A DNA stretch of 64,000 nt from an uncultured Planctomycetaceae bacterium. GTDB taxonomy: Bacteria; Planctomycetota; Planctomycetia; Planctomycetales; Planctomycetaceae. The DNA lies in NCBI GenBank assembly GCA_963815195.1, contig CAWFGE010000012.1, positions 672,001 through 736,000 of the forward strand. Direction: 5' to 3'. Position 1 is the first letter of the stretch; each line of letters begins with the position of its first letter. The notes under the pieces are model-generated. The model saw nothing but the letters and a program-made list of their open reading frames with translations. It was not told where the DNA came from and made no database searches. The position numbers and the translations under genes were made by a program. Of the stretch, positions 30,914 to 44,182 are shown in pieces.

Positions 30914-31132
30914 TCAGGCGGTGGGACGAAGTTGCCAATACGCGCAAAGGACTTCATACAGGTCGGGCGAGATTTGAATTTCCTCGTCCTCGAAATCGCC
31001 GAGCCAGGTTCGGTCGTGGGCCACGGCATCCCGCAGGATTTGCGTCACGTCACCCAACCGCACCGTGACGGGCGGCGGCTCGGGGAGGGAATGTTCCAGT
31101 TCTCCGTTGAACAGTCTCAGGCGCGGTCGCAT
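30914..31132 (-). CDS. Small hypothetical protein (72 aa)
   Basis: MRPRLRLFNG...RTWLGDFEDEEIQISPDLYEVL, with AAGGAAGG upstream. Confidence 0.65.
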   Translation of the reverse strand: MRPRLRLFNGELEHSLPEPPPVTVRLGDVTQILRDAVAHDRTWLGDFEDEEIQISPDLYEVLCAYWQLRPTA

Positions 31133-31633
31133 GCGAGTTCCTTCCTTGAGCCGATCCGGTAATGATGATCGCCGCGGGCTGGGCCGCCGCAAATCACCGT
31201 TTGACATTCCAGTTATCGGCCAGCTCTTAAACCGGCCTTCATCTTAAAGCCCTCTTGACACGCAAAACCCCACCGGCCAAAACTGCCGAATCGAACCAAA
31301 TCCCCAACCGCCTTGATGTTAAAGCCGAGAGGACCACGAATCGCACGAATGGAGCGAATCGAAACCAGATTAATTCCCACAACGAGCCTCGGGGACATTG
31401 AGGTGACAAATCCGAAATCCGAATCCCGAAATCCAAATCAAATTCCAAATTCAAAAACAGAATGAGCCAAACTTTGCAAATATAAGCGGCCGGGCACGCT
31501 CTGGGTGGCTGGCCGCAAACGCGGTCTGACATACGTTTGCTCAATTCGGCGGATTCGATAGGATAAACCTCACCGAAAATTGGCGTGCCGAATCATTGGG
31601 AAAATGCTGAAGTTTGTAGGAATGGAAATCGGT

Positions 31634-33813
31634 ATGGACGATGTGATCGTACTGGATTTTGGCAAGATCGCTCAGGAACTTGGTTTGCGAGCCGAGCAGG
31701 TCGCGGGCGTGACGGCTCTGTTGGACGAAGGCAACACGGTGCCCTTCATCACCCGCTACCGCAAGGAGCGCACGGGCAATCTCGACGAGGAGCAAATCCG
31801 CCAAATCCAGTCCCGCGTGGAATCGCTTCGCCAGTTGAACGATCGCGCAAACGATCCTGCGATTGATCGAGTCCCAGGGAAATCTCACCGCGCAGCTCAA
31901 GGCGGACATCCTCGCGGCGGATTCGCTCAAGCGGCTCGAAGACTTATATCTGCCCTTCCGCCCCAAACGCCGCTCCCGCGCGACCCAGGCCAAAGAGCGC
32001 GGCCTGGAACCCTTTGCCAATCAGATCTGGAGCGGCTTGCCCAGCGTCTCGAATTTGGAGGAATCGGCGAAGGAATTTGTCGACCCGGAAAAGGAACTCC
32101 CCACGACGGCCGAGGTGCTCGGGGGCGTCTCGGACATCCTCGCGGAGCGGATCAGCGAGAACGCCCACGCCCGCGACATCGCCCGCCGGATCGCCCAGCA
32201 GACCGGAAGCCTCGCCGTCTCCGCCACCAAGCAAGGCGAGGAGCAAGGCCAGGATTACCGCGATTATTTCGACCACGAAGAACCGGTTGCAAAAATCCCG
32301 CCGCACCGGGTGCTGGCGATCAACCGCGGGGAGTCGGCGAAGATGCTCCGCGTCAAGTTCCACTGGGAGGCCGACCGCGCCCAGGCAAACCTGGAGAAGT
32401 ATTACCGCCTCCACGAACATCGGCATGGGGAGTTTCTGAAAACCTGCGTCGCGGATGCCTTGTCCCGATTGATCCTGCCCAGCCTGGAGCGGGAAATTCG
32501 CAAGGAGTCTGACCGACAAAGCCGAGACGCACGCGATCGCGGTGTTCGCGGAGAATCTGAAAAATTTGCTCCTGCAACCGCCGCTGCGGGATCGGCGGGT
32601 GGTGGCGATCGATCCGGGTTTTCGCACGGGCTGCAAGCTGGCGGCGCTCGACGAGTTCGGCCACTTGATCGCGCATGATGTAATCCACATCAACGTCTCC
32701 GAAGACCGCAAAGCCGCCGAGCAGCAAAAGCTCGCCGAGTTTCTCCAAACGCATAACGCGAACCTGATCGCCATCGGCAACGGCACGGCCTGCCGGGAGA
32801 CGGAGGAGTTCGTCTCGGAGTTGATCGCCGAGTCTTGCCCCGATGTGGAATACATCATCGTCAACGAAGCCGGGGCCAGCGTGTACTCGGCGAGCACGAT
32901 CGCCCGCGAGGAGTTTCCCGATCTCGACGCCACGGTCCGCGGCACGGTGTCGATCGGCCGGCGGCTGCAGGATCCCTTGAGCGAACTCGTGAAGATCGAT
33001 CCGCAGCACATCGGGGTGGGGATGTACCAACACGACATCGCCGCCAAACGGCTCGAAGAATCTTTGAGCCAGGTCATCGAATCCTGCGTGAATTACGTGG
33101 GCGTGGATCTCAATGTCGCCAGCCCGTCGCTCTTGGAGCACGTGTCCGGTCTCAATCAACTCATGGCCCGCCGGGTCGTGACGTGGCGGGAAGAAAACGG
33201 CCCGTTTCGCAGCCGGAAGGATTTATTAAAAGTCAGCGGCATCGGCCCGGCGACGTTCACGCAAGCCGCGGGTTTCCTCAAAGTCCAAGGCGGCGAGGAA
33301 CCGTTGGATGTCACCTGGATTCATCCCGAAAGCTACGATCCCGCCCGCAAGATTCTGGGGCGGTTGTCGTTGTCGCCGGCCGATCTCAAAGCCGCGGGCA
33401 AGGACGGGGCTTCGCTTCAAGGCAAGTTCCGCGAACTCAAGACGAACGCCTTAGCCGAGGAGTTGGACATCGGCGTGCCCACCTGCCAGGACATTCTCGC
33501 CGCCCTCGCCCGGCCCGGTTTGGACCCGCGCTCGGAGCTGCCCGGCGTGATTTTCCGGCAGGGGATTTTGAAGCTCGAAGATCTGGAACCGGGCATCGAG
33601 CTCAAAGGCACCGTGCTCAACGTGGTGGACTTCGGAGCCTTCGTCGATGTGGGCCTCAAGGACAGCGGCCTCGTCCACATCAGCCAACTCGCCAACCGCT
33701 TCGTCAAAAGCCCGCACGAAATCGTCTCGGTGGGCGACGTCGTCACGGTCTGGGTGCTGGACGTTGATCTCCAGCGCCGCCGCGTCTCCCTCACCATGCT
33801 GCCGCCGGGATGA
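31634..33813 (+). CDS. tex: Tex family transcription accessory protein; frameshifts near 31848 and 32508
   Basis: LLDEGNTVPFITRYRKERTGNLDE, LEDLYLPFRPKRR, DPGFRTGCK, IGVGMYQHD and an S1 domain NVVDFGAFVDVG, spread over three frames. Confidence 0.92.
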
Positions 33814-33840
33814 TTTTTGGAGGTCGATCCGATCAAGTTT

Positions 33841-34008
33841 TTTACGCAAAGAGTGCAAAGGAAAGACGCAAAGAGGCGCAAAGGAAAATGCCAGGAATTC
33901 CCGTTCCATTTTGTGATACAGGCCTTTTTGATTTTTTGAGGCAAAGTCAATCTGTTCTCCAAGTTCTTTGCGACCTTAGCGTCTTCACTTTGTGGTCTTT
34001 GCGTTAAA
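33841..34008. repeat. Inverted nonamer-like arrays (ACGCAAAG) flanking an ~80-bp AT-rich spacer
   Basis: TTTACGCAAAGAGTGCAAAGGAAAGACGCAAAGAGGCGCAAAG faces CTTTGCGACCTTAGCGTCTTCACTTTGTGGTCTTTGCGTTAAA. Confidence 0.7.
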
Positions 34009-34034
34009 ATCGATGCTTTTTGGAGAGGAACATT

Positions 34035-35129
34035 ATGCGAAGCGTTCTCGCCCTTACGGTCTTGTTGAATATCGCCCGACCCGTTTCCGCGGCGGAGTTG
34101 GAGTGGGTGGAAGTCGGGAAGGATAAAAAATCCTTCGTGCTGGAATCGTCCGGAAAAAAGTTCGTGCCCTGGGGATTCAATTACGATCATCAGGAAGGCA
34201 GCGGGCGGTTGATTGAAGATTATTGGGACAAGGAATGGGACGCGATCGCGGAAGACTTTCGCGAGATGAAAGACCTGGGGGCGAACGTGGTTCGCGTGCA
34301 TCTGCAGTTCGGCACCTTCATGGAAACCGCCGACAAACCCAACGAGCATTCCCTCAAACAATTGGAACGGCTCTTAAAGTTGGCGGAGGACACGGGGTTG
34401 TATCTCGATCTGACGGGGCTGGGCTGCTACCACAAGCAGGCCGTGCCCGCGTGGTATGACAAGCTCGATGAGAAACACCGTTGGGCGGCACAGGCGGCGT
34501 TTTGGGAAGCCGTCGCCGCCCGCTGCGCGAACAGCCCGGCCGTGTTTTGCTACGACCTGATGAACGAACCCGTTCTTCCCGGCAACGACAAGCGGGACGA
34601 TTGGCTCGCCGGGGCGTTTGGGGGCAAGCATTTTGTGCAATTCATCGCGCTCTCGGCGGCGGGCCGGCCGCGCGAGGAGATCGCCAAGAAATGGGTCGGC
34701 CAAATCGCCGCCGCCGTCCGCAAGCACGACCGCCGGCATCTGGTCACCGTGGGCCTCGTGCCTTGGAGTCTCGACCGCCCGGGCCTGACCTCCGGCTTCA
34801 TCCCGGAGAAAATCGCCGGCGATCTGGACTTCATCGCCGTCCACATCTACCCCGAAGCCGGCAAGATCGACGAGGCGTTGGAAACGCTGAAAGGCTTCGC
34901 GAAAGTCGGCAAGCCCGTGGTTATCGAAGAGATTTTCCCGCTGAAATGCGGTGCCGACGAGTTGGGGAAGTTCATCGATCAATCTCGAAAAGACGCGACC
35001 GGCTGGATCGGCTTTTATTGGGGCAAGACGCCCTCCGAGTACAAAAAAGCCGGCACGATCCGCGATGCGATCGTGCTGAGCTGGCTGGAATTGTTCGAGA
35101 AAAAAGGCAAACAAATCCAGCAGCCGTAA
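34035..35129 (+). CDS. Secreted GH5-like (cellulase family) glycoside hydrolase
   Basis: Signal peptide, FVPWGFNYD, LGANVVRVHL, YDLMNEP (acid/base), VHIYP and KPVVIEE (nucleophile). Confidence 0.85.
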   Translation: MRSVLALTVLLNIARPVSAAELEWVEVGKDKKSFVLESSGKKFVPWGFNYDHQEGSGRLIEDYWDKEWDAIAEDFREMKDLGANVVRVHLQFGTFMETADKPNEHSLKQLERLLKLAEDTGLYLDLTGLGCYHKQAVPAWYDKLDEKHRWAAQAAFWEAVAARCANSPAVFCYDLMNEPVLPGNDKRDDWLAGAFGGKHFVQFIALSAAGRPREEIAKKWVGQIAAAVRKHDRRHLVTVGLVPWSLDRPGLTSGFIPEKIAGDLDFIAVHIYPEAGKIDEALETLKGFAKVGKPVVIEEIFPLKCGADELGKFIDQSRKDATGWIGFYWGKTPSEYKKAGTIRDAIVLSWLELFEKKGKQIQQP

Positions 35130-35151
35130 TCTGAGCGGTCGGCGCTAGCCT

Positions 35152-35559
35152 GGGCCGTTAAAAATTTGGTGTTGACGACGATTTGTCTTTGCGCAGCTGT
35201 TCGACCGTTCGTAAATTCAACTGTTTCAAATTTGAGAAAAAGGACCGAAGGTCCGGCCCTATGTCAGCCCAGGTCGCTGCCCTGGGAACGGGAACGAACA
35301 AAATGCCGAAGCCCAACGGGGCGGCCCGAAATCGGAAATACGCAATGCCTTGTTCCGTGGCGAGAGTTGCCACATAAGGCCGCCCCGTTGGGGCTTGCGT
35401 TTCCATGGATCATCCGTAACCCAGGGCGGCGCTGCGCTTGCCCTGGGCTGACAGAGAGCCGGGCCTTCGGCCCTAATGCTTTCCAAAAAAAACGAGAACA
35501 ACGGTGGCGCAAGCCAGAACCCGCGTTTTTAGACTTCAATACCAATTTTTTAACAGCCC
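35152..35559. mobile_element. ~408-bp MITE-like element (family B) with 24-bp TIRs and a 9-10 bp target duplication, inserted into a REP
   Basis: GGGCCGTTAAAAATTTGGTGTTGA matches the reverse complement of 35536-35559 at 21/24. GGCGCTAGCC is duplicated at 35141-35150 and 35560-35569. Confidence 0.7.
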
Positions 35560-35602
35560 GGCGCTAGCCGCCGGTTTCGATGATAGGACACTCACAAAAT
35601 CA

Positions 35603-35840
35603 AGCCGGCGGCTAGCGCCGTGCCGCTCACGGATTTCAGCCGGCGGCTAGCGCCGTGCCGCTCACGGATTTCAGCCGGCGGCTACGCCGTGCCGCTCACG
35701 GATTTCAGCCGGCGGCTAGCGCCGTGCCGCTCCGGCCGCTACCGTGCCGCTCACGGATTTAAGGATTTCAGCCGGCGGCTAGCGCCGTGCCGCTCACGGA
35801 TTTAAGGATTTCAGCCGGCGGCTGCGCCGTGCCGCTCACG
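35603..35840. repeat. Tandem array of a 35-bp REP unit (about 6 copies, some degenerate)
   Basis: AGCCGGCGGCTAGCGCCGTGCCGCTCACGGATTTC repeated head to tail without unique spacers. Confidence 0.85.
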
Positions 35841-36735
35841 GCTTTAAGTGTTTCTCGAAGAAATCCCACATGGCCTGGTCAGCTTTTTCGCGGGCTTTGC
35901 CGCCGAAGCCGTGGCCTTGGCCTTCCAGGATGATCAGCGTGTGCGAGGCGCCGGCGGCTTTCATTTTCTCGTCGAGCCTCTTCGCCTGGGCGAGCGGGAC
36001 GAGGGTGTCCTTGTCGCCTTGCAGCGTGAGCACCGGCGGATCGTCTTTGCTCACATAAGTCACCGGGCTCGCGGCTTTGTAGGTGTCGGGGACTTCGCCG
36101 GGCGTGCCGCCCATGAACAGCCGAAAGATCCAGGCGACGGAACTCGTTTCGTAAGCGCTCGCCATTTCGGTGGGGCCGAACACGTTGACGACCGCCTGCA
36201 CGCGGCTGGATTGATCGGGATGCCCGCCGTCGCCTTCGAGCTTCGCCTTTTGATCGGCGAGCCCGACCAAGAGGGAGAGATGCCCGCCGGCCGATCCGCC
36301 GGTGACGCCGACGCGCTCGGGATCGACGTGATACTTCTTCGCGTGGGCCCGCAGCCAGCGGATCGCGGCTTTGGCATCGTGGATCTGGGCCGGGAAGATC
36401 GGCTTCGCCGTCGTGGTTTCTTTTTTCTTCTGGTCGAATTCCATCAAGCGGTAGCTGATCGTCGCGGCGACGTAGCCTTTTTCGGCGGCTTCGCGGATTT
36501 GCGATTTGTAGGCCTGGCGGTTGCCCTGAAACCAGCCGCCGCCGTGGATGAACACAATTGCCGGGAACGGCCCTTCGCCTTCCGGCCGGGCCAGATCGAG
36601 TTTTAAGTCCGTGTCTCCGCCCCGGCCGTAGGTGATGTTTTCTTTGAGGGTCACATCGGCCGCGCGGGCAAACTCGGCGAACAACCCCAAGGCGACGACC
36701 GCAATCAAGAGCGGCGGAAATCTCTTCGCCAACAT
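35836..36735 (-). CDS. Secreted alpha/beta hydrolase (esterase/lipase)
   Basis: Signal peptide, HGGGW oxyanion motif, GGSAGGHL nucleophile elbow, GDKDTLVP and GHGF. Confidence 0.92.
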   Translation of the reverse strand: MLAKRFPPLLIAVVALGLFAEFARAADVTLKENITYGRGGDTDLKLDLARPEGEGPFPAIVFIHGGGWFQGNRQAYKSQIREAAEKGYVAATISYRLMEFDQKKKETTTAKPIFPAQIHDAKAAIRWLRAHAKKYHVDPERVGVTGGSAGGHLSLLVGLADQKAKLEGDGGHPDQSSRVQAVVNVFGPTEMASAYETSSVAWIFRLFMGGTPGEVPDTYKAASPVTYVSKDDPPVLTLQGDKDTLVPLAQAKRLDEKMKAAGASHTLIILEGQGHGFGGKAREKADQAMWDFFEKHLKP

Positions 36736-36840
36736 GTCAGACTCTCCCAGACGTAGAAATGGAAACGGACCGAGCATTCTATTCGGCACATGGCGAGAGG
36801 GAAAAGGTGCCGGCGCCGGATTCTCTCCCCCCGTTTTAAC

Positions 36841-38276
36841 TCACACCAGAATCTCGCGGATGATTTTGCCGTGCACGTCGGTCAGCCGGCGGTCGAGGCC
36901 GTCGTGATACCACGTCAGCTTGCGGTGATTGAAGCCCAGAAGATGGAGCACCGTGGCATAAAAATCCCACACGGTCACGGGGTTCACTTCCGCCCGGCGG
37001 CCGAACTCGTCGGTGGCTCCGTAGGATTGTCCTCCCGTGACGCCGGCTCCCATCATCCAGCACGTGAACCCGGCGGGGTTGTGATCGCGGCCGGTGGTGC
37101 CGGCTTGGTGCGTGGGCATCCGGCCGAACTCGGTCGTCCATAAAACCAACGTGTCGCCCAACAAGCCGCGCTGTTTCAAATCGGTCAACAGGGCCGCGGT
37201 GGGCTGGTCGAATATTGGGCAATGGCGTTCGTAATCGGGCTTGAGAGTTTTATGGGCGTCCCAATTGAGAAGCCCATCCACGCCCGAAGCCCGGGAAGCG
37301 CAATACAGATTGACGTATCGCACGCCCCGCTCCAACAGCCGTCGGGCCAAGAGACAGTTGCGGGCGTAGGCGGCTTTGAGTTTGTTGGGATCCCGGGTCC
37401 CATAAAGCCGATGCGTGGATGACGATTCGGAGCGAAAGTCCAGAACCTCGGCGCGGAAAGCTGCATGCGGGCCGCGAGGGTGTAGGCTTTGATGCGGGCT
37501 TCCAGTTCCGATTGGCCGGGATGCGCCTGGGCATCGCGCTCGTTCAAGAACTGGAGCAACTCCCGCGTGGCCTGTTCTTCTTTGGCCGAGATGCTTTCGG
37601 GGCGGGCCAGATTGCGGATTGGGTGTTGGGCATTCATCATGATCGCCTGGTGCCGGGCGGGCAGAAAGCCGTTGCTCCAATTTGCCTTGCCGTTGGGCGG
37701 TTCGCCGCGGATGTCAGGGATCGCAACGTAGGTCGGCAGATTCTCATTCTCGCTGCCCAACGCATAACTCAGCCAGGCTCCCGCGCTGGGAAAACCTTCC
37801 TGGGCGTGGCCGGTGTTCATAAAGATGCAGCCGGGACCGTGGGTGTTGGTTTTGGAGGTCATCGAATGGATGAACGCGATGTCGTCCACATGCCGGGCCA
37901 TCTCCGGGAGCATGCTGGAGATGCGTTTGCCGGTCTCGCCCGCGGGCGGCATCGGCCAGGGGCTTTTCATCAGGTTGCCGTTCTTGCCTTGGAACGAGAC
38001 AAAGTTCTCTTCCCCCGGCAGCGGTTTTCCATGGTATTTTTCCAGGCTGGGCTTGTGCTCCCACAAGTCGATGTGCGAAGCCGCCCCCGGACAGAAAATC
38101 TGCAGCACCCGCTTGGCTTTCGGGGGATGATGTGCCATGCCCCGCCCGGCTTGCCAAGCGGTTGTCTCCGCGTTCGCTTCGCCGAGCAGATTCAACAGTC
38201 CCAGGCCCGCCATCGCGGTGTAAACGTTTTCAAACCAACGCCGGCGGGTTAAGGGAGATTTCAATTCGCTGATCAC
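36841..38276 (-). CDS. DUF1501 family protein; frameshift near 37452
   Basis: Tat-like TRRRWF, KAKRVLQIFCPGAASHIDLW, WSNGFLP, then CLLARRLLERGVRYV, WDAH, EFGRMP and GRDHNP in the second frame. Confidence 0.9.
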
Positions 38277-38289
38277 GATCAGATTCTCG

Positions 38290-41246
<2,957 letters not shown>

Positions 41247-41472
41247 CGTTCTCGGAGCTTTCCGTAACGGAAAATTAAGGACCGGGAAACACACGAATGA
41301 CACGCAAGGCAAGGAACGACGGATCACACCGATCGCACGGAAAAGCCAATTTTCGGAAGCGAACCTTGGAAACGACACGACTCCTTTAGACGGGAATCCT
41401 CGAGTCCTTTCGTCCGTTCGTGGTCCCCCTCCCTCTATTGATCGGCGATTGCGGGGGCTTCGCTCTCGGACA

Positions 41473-42867
41473 TTAAGGAGCTTTGCCGGTTTCGGTTGGG
41501 GATTCCTCCAGCGGCGGCTGCCAAGGGACGCTGCCGTAGCGCTGGATTTCCCTCCGCAGCTCGGCGGCGAGTTGCTGGAAAACTTTGCGTTCTTTTTGGA
41601 TGACGTTGTTCTTTTCCTGCGGGTCATCTTTGAGGTTATAAAGCTCCTGCGGCTCGAACGGGCTGTTTTGCAACAACTTCCAATCGCCACGGATGACGGC
41701 TTCGATCGTTTTCCCGCCGTACCGCGTGCCGCCTTCCCGCCGGCGGAAGAACCAATGCGTCCTGAGCGGCTCCTGCGTTTGTCCGAGGAGCGTCGGCAGC
41801 ACGCTCAAGCCGTCGATTCCTGAGGAAGGCTGCAAACCCGCCGCGGCTTCCATCGTCGGAAACAGATCCATCGACATCGCCCGGAAATCGGTTTGGCGGC
41901 CGGGGGCGATGTGACCGGGCCAGACGGCGATCGCGGGGACTTTCAAGCCGCCTTCATACACGCTTTGCTTCCCGTCGCGAAGCGGGCCGTTGTTCGCGCC
42001 GGCTTCCAGTTGGCCGCCGTTGTCCGAGCTGAAGAGAACCAGCGTGTTCCCGGCCAGGTTCTGCTCTTCGAGGCAGTTCATCACCTGCCCGATGCCGTGG
42101 TCCAAATGCTCGATCAACGCCACCAGTTTGGCCCGGCGGTCGGTGAGGTTCGGCTCCCGCTGCTTCACTTTTTCCAGCCACTCTTTCGGCGGTTGGATCG
42201 GCGTATGCGGGGCGTTGTACGCCAGGTACAAAAAGAACGGTTCGCCGGGCTTTCGCTCTTTGAGATAATCGCAGGCCCATTCGGTAAACAGATCCGTGGC
42301 GTGGCCTTGGGGATCGATTTCGGTTTCGTTGAGCCTCATATAGTTGATGTTGTGCCGGCGATGGTTGTAATAGTCGTCCATCATGTCGCCCAAAAAGCCG
42401 TGGAAATGATCGAAGCCGCGGGCGCCCGGCGTGTTGGGCGAGCCGAGCCCCAAATGCCATTTCCCGATGATTCCCGAATGATACCCCGCCGCCTTGAGCG
42501 ACTTCGGCAACAGCACTGCATCCGGACTGAGCCAGCCCCAACTGTTGTCGGCGTGGGTGCGAATCACGCCGGGCACGCCGACGAGATCCTGATAACGGCC
42601 TGTGAGGAGCGCCGCCCGCGTCGGCGAGCACACCGGGCAATTCGCGTAGAAGTTCGAAAACTTGAGGCCCCGTTCGGCGAGGCGGTCGATGTTCGGCGAT
42701 TTGAGGTCCTTGGCTCCGTAGCTGCTCAAATCGCCGTACCCGAGGTCGTCCACCAAAATCATGAGGATGTTGGGCCGGGCCTCGGCCGACCGGGCCGATC
42801 GCACGTCCGAGCCCATCAAACCGATTGCGAACGCGAACAGTAAACAACATCTCGCCAAGAGCTTCAT
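41473..42867 (-). CDS. Secreted arylsulfatase (Cys-type)
   Basis: Signal peptide, RPNILMILVDDLGYGD, CSPTRAALLTG, GKWHLG and FSSDNG. Confidence 0.95.
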   Translation of the reverse strand: MKLLARCCLLFAFAIGLMGSDVRSARSAEARPNILMILVDDLGYGDLSSYGAKDLKSPNIDRLAERGLKFSNFYANCPVCSPTRAALLTGRYQDLVGVPGVIRTHADNSWGWLSPDAVLLPKSLKAAGYHSGIIGKWHLGLGSPNTPGARGFDHFHGFLGDMMDDYYNHRRHNINYMRLNETEIDPQGHATDLFTEWACDYLKERKPGEPFFLYLAYNAPHTPIQPPKEWLEKVKQREPNLTDRRAKLVALIEHLDHGIGQVMNCLEEQNLAGNTLVLFSSDNGGQLEAGANNGPLRDGKQSVYEGGLKVPAIAVWPGHIAPGRQTDFRAMSMDLFPTMEAAAGLQPSSGIDGLSVLPTLLGQTQEPLRTHWFFRRREGGTRYGGKTIEAVIRGDWKLLQNSPFEPQELYNLKDDPQEKNNVIQKERKVFQQLAAELRREIQRYGSVPWQPPLEESPTETGKAP

Positions 42868-42975
42868 GGAATGGTCCTTGCGCTGGAAATTTCGGTCTGG
42901 GATTTGATTTCAGTATGCCCGCAATCGGGGCGAGGTTCAATTGTGTGTGGGTTTCATAAAAGTAGGTACGAACTT

Positions 42976-43052
42976 GGGTGGCACGCCCTGAGGAACGAAG
43001 GGCGTGGTCCTAACGATCGCCACGCCCTTCGTTCCTCAGGGACGTGCCACCC
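42976..43052. repeat. Near-perfect 32/33-bp inverted repeat (REP-like hairpin)
   Basis: GGGTGGCACGCCCTGAGGAACGAAGGGCGTGG, a 12-nt loop, then CCACGCCCTTCGTTCCTCAGGGACGTGCCACCC. Confidence 0.85.
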
Positions 43053-43133
43053 GTCGCGCAAATGGTAGGCGTCCACAGGATGCGGTATAGTCGCCAGAGT
43101 CGTCTCACTGAAATTGCCCTCCGAGCCCTACCC

Positions 43134-44174
43134 ATGACTCCTGAACCCCTCCCGTATCTCACCGCGGACTGCCCCGGCATCGGCGGGACCCTCAAACACC
43201 AGCCCGAAGATTTTCTCGTCGAGGAAATCCCCGCGTACGAACCCGCGGGCACGGGCGAGCATTTGTTTTTGTGGATCGAGAAGCGCGACACCTCGGCGGA
43301 CCAGTTGGCCGGGCATCTGGCCCGCGTGCTCCAGATTCCGCGGGCGGACATCGGCATGGCGGGACTGAAAGACCGGCGGGCGGTGACTCGGCAATTTGTC
43401 TCCGTGCCCGCCCGCTGCGAATCGCAAGTCCCGTTATTGGAAACGGAGAACATTCGCGTGCTCAAAGCGGCTCGGCACGGCAACAAATTGAAGACCGCCC
43501 ATCTGCGGGGCAACCGGTTTTCGATTCTGGTCCGGGATTTGGCTCCCGATGCCGAGCAGACGGCGGCCAAGATCGCCGAACGAATCGCCCGAGCCGGGTT
43601 TCCGAACTACTTCGGCGAGCAACGCTTCGGCAAAGACGGGGGCACGCTCGAAACCGGTCTCGCCTTGCTGCGGGGCGAGCGGAGCGAACGCGATCTGCCC
43701 CGCTCCCGGCGGAAGTTCTTGTTGCGGCTGGCGCTCTCGGCGGTGCAGTCCGAGCTTTTTAACCAAACGCTCGCCCGGCGGTTAAAAGATGGTTCGATCG
43801 AGCACGTTTTGCCGGGCGATGTGATGCAGGTCGCCGCGTCTGGAGGGTTGTTTGTCGTGGAAGATCAACCGGCGGAACAACAACGGTTCGAAACGGGAGA
43901 GATCGTTCCGACCGGCCCCTTGTTCGGTCCCAAAATGCGAAAACCCGGCGGAGAACCGGCCGGGCGCGAACAGGAGGTTTTGGATCGCAACCAATTAAAT
44001 GACAACGACTTTCGCCGATTCGCCAAGCTGACGCCCGGTTCCCGGCGGGCGTTTTTGGTTCGGCCGCAGGACTTGCGGATTTCCCCGGAAGTCGAGGGAC
44101 TGCGGTTTGATGTGACCTTGCCCGCGGGAGTTTATGCGACCACGCTGCTACGCGAATTTCAGAAGCCTCAATAA
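43134..44174 (+). CDS. truD: tRNA pseudouridine(13) synthase
   Basis: PEDFLVEE, GEHLFLWIEKR, AGLKDRRAVTRQ, GNRFSI, PNYFGEQRFG and LPAGVYATTLLRE. Confidence 0.96.
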   Translation: MTPEPLPYLTADCPGIGGTLKHQPEDFLVEEIPAYEPAGTGEHLFLWIEKRDTSADQLAGHLARVLQIPRADIGMAGLKDRRAVTRQFVSVPARCESQVPLLETENIRVLKAARHGNKLKTAHLRGNRFSILVRDLAPDAEQTAAKIAERIARAGFPNYFGEQRFGKDGGTLETGLALLRGERSERDLPRSRRKFLLRLALSAVQSELFNQTLARRLKDGSIEHVLPGDVMQVAASGGLFVVEDQPAEQQRFETGEIVPTGPLFGPKMRKPGGEPAGREQEVLDRNQLNDNDFRRFAKLTPGSRRAFLVRPQDLRISPEVEGLRFDVTLPAGVYATTLLREFQKPQ

Positions 44175-44182
44175 CGCTCGAA

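Noticed and set aside
31634..33813. tex as a pseudogene or a programmed double frameshift
   Set aside because: No slippery heptamer or other decay is visible, and the shifts fit the window-wide indel pattern.
35603..35840. CRISPR array
   Set aside because: Units are head to tail with no unique spacers, match the dispersed REP family, and no cas genes are present.
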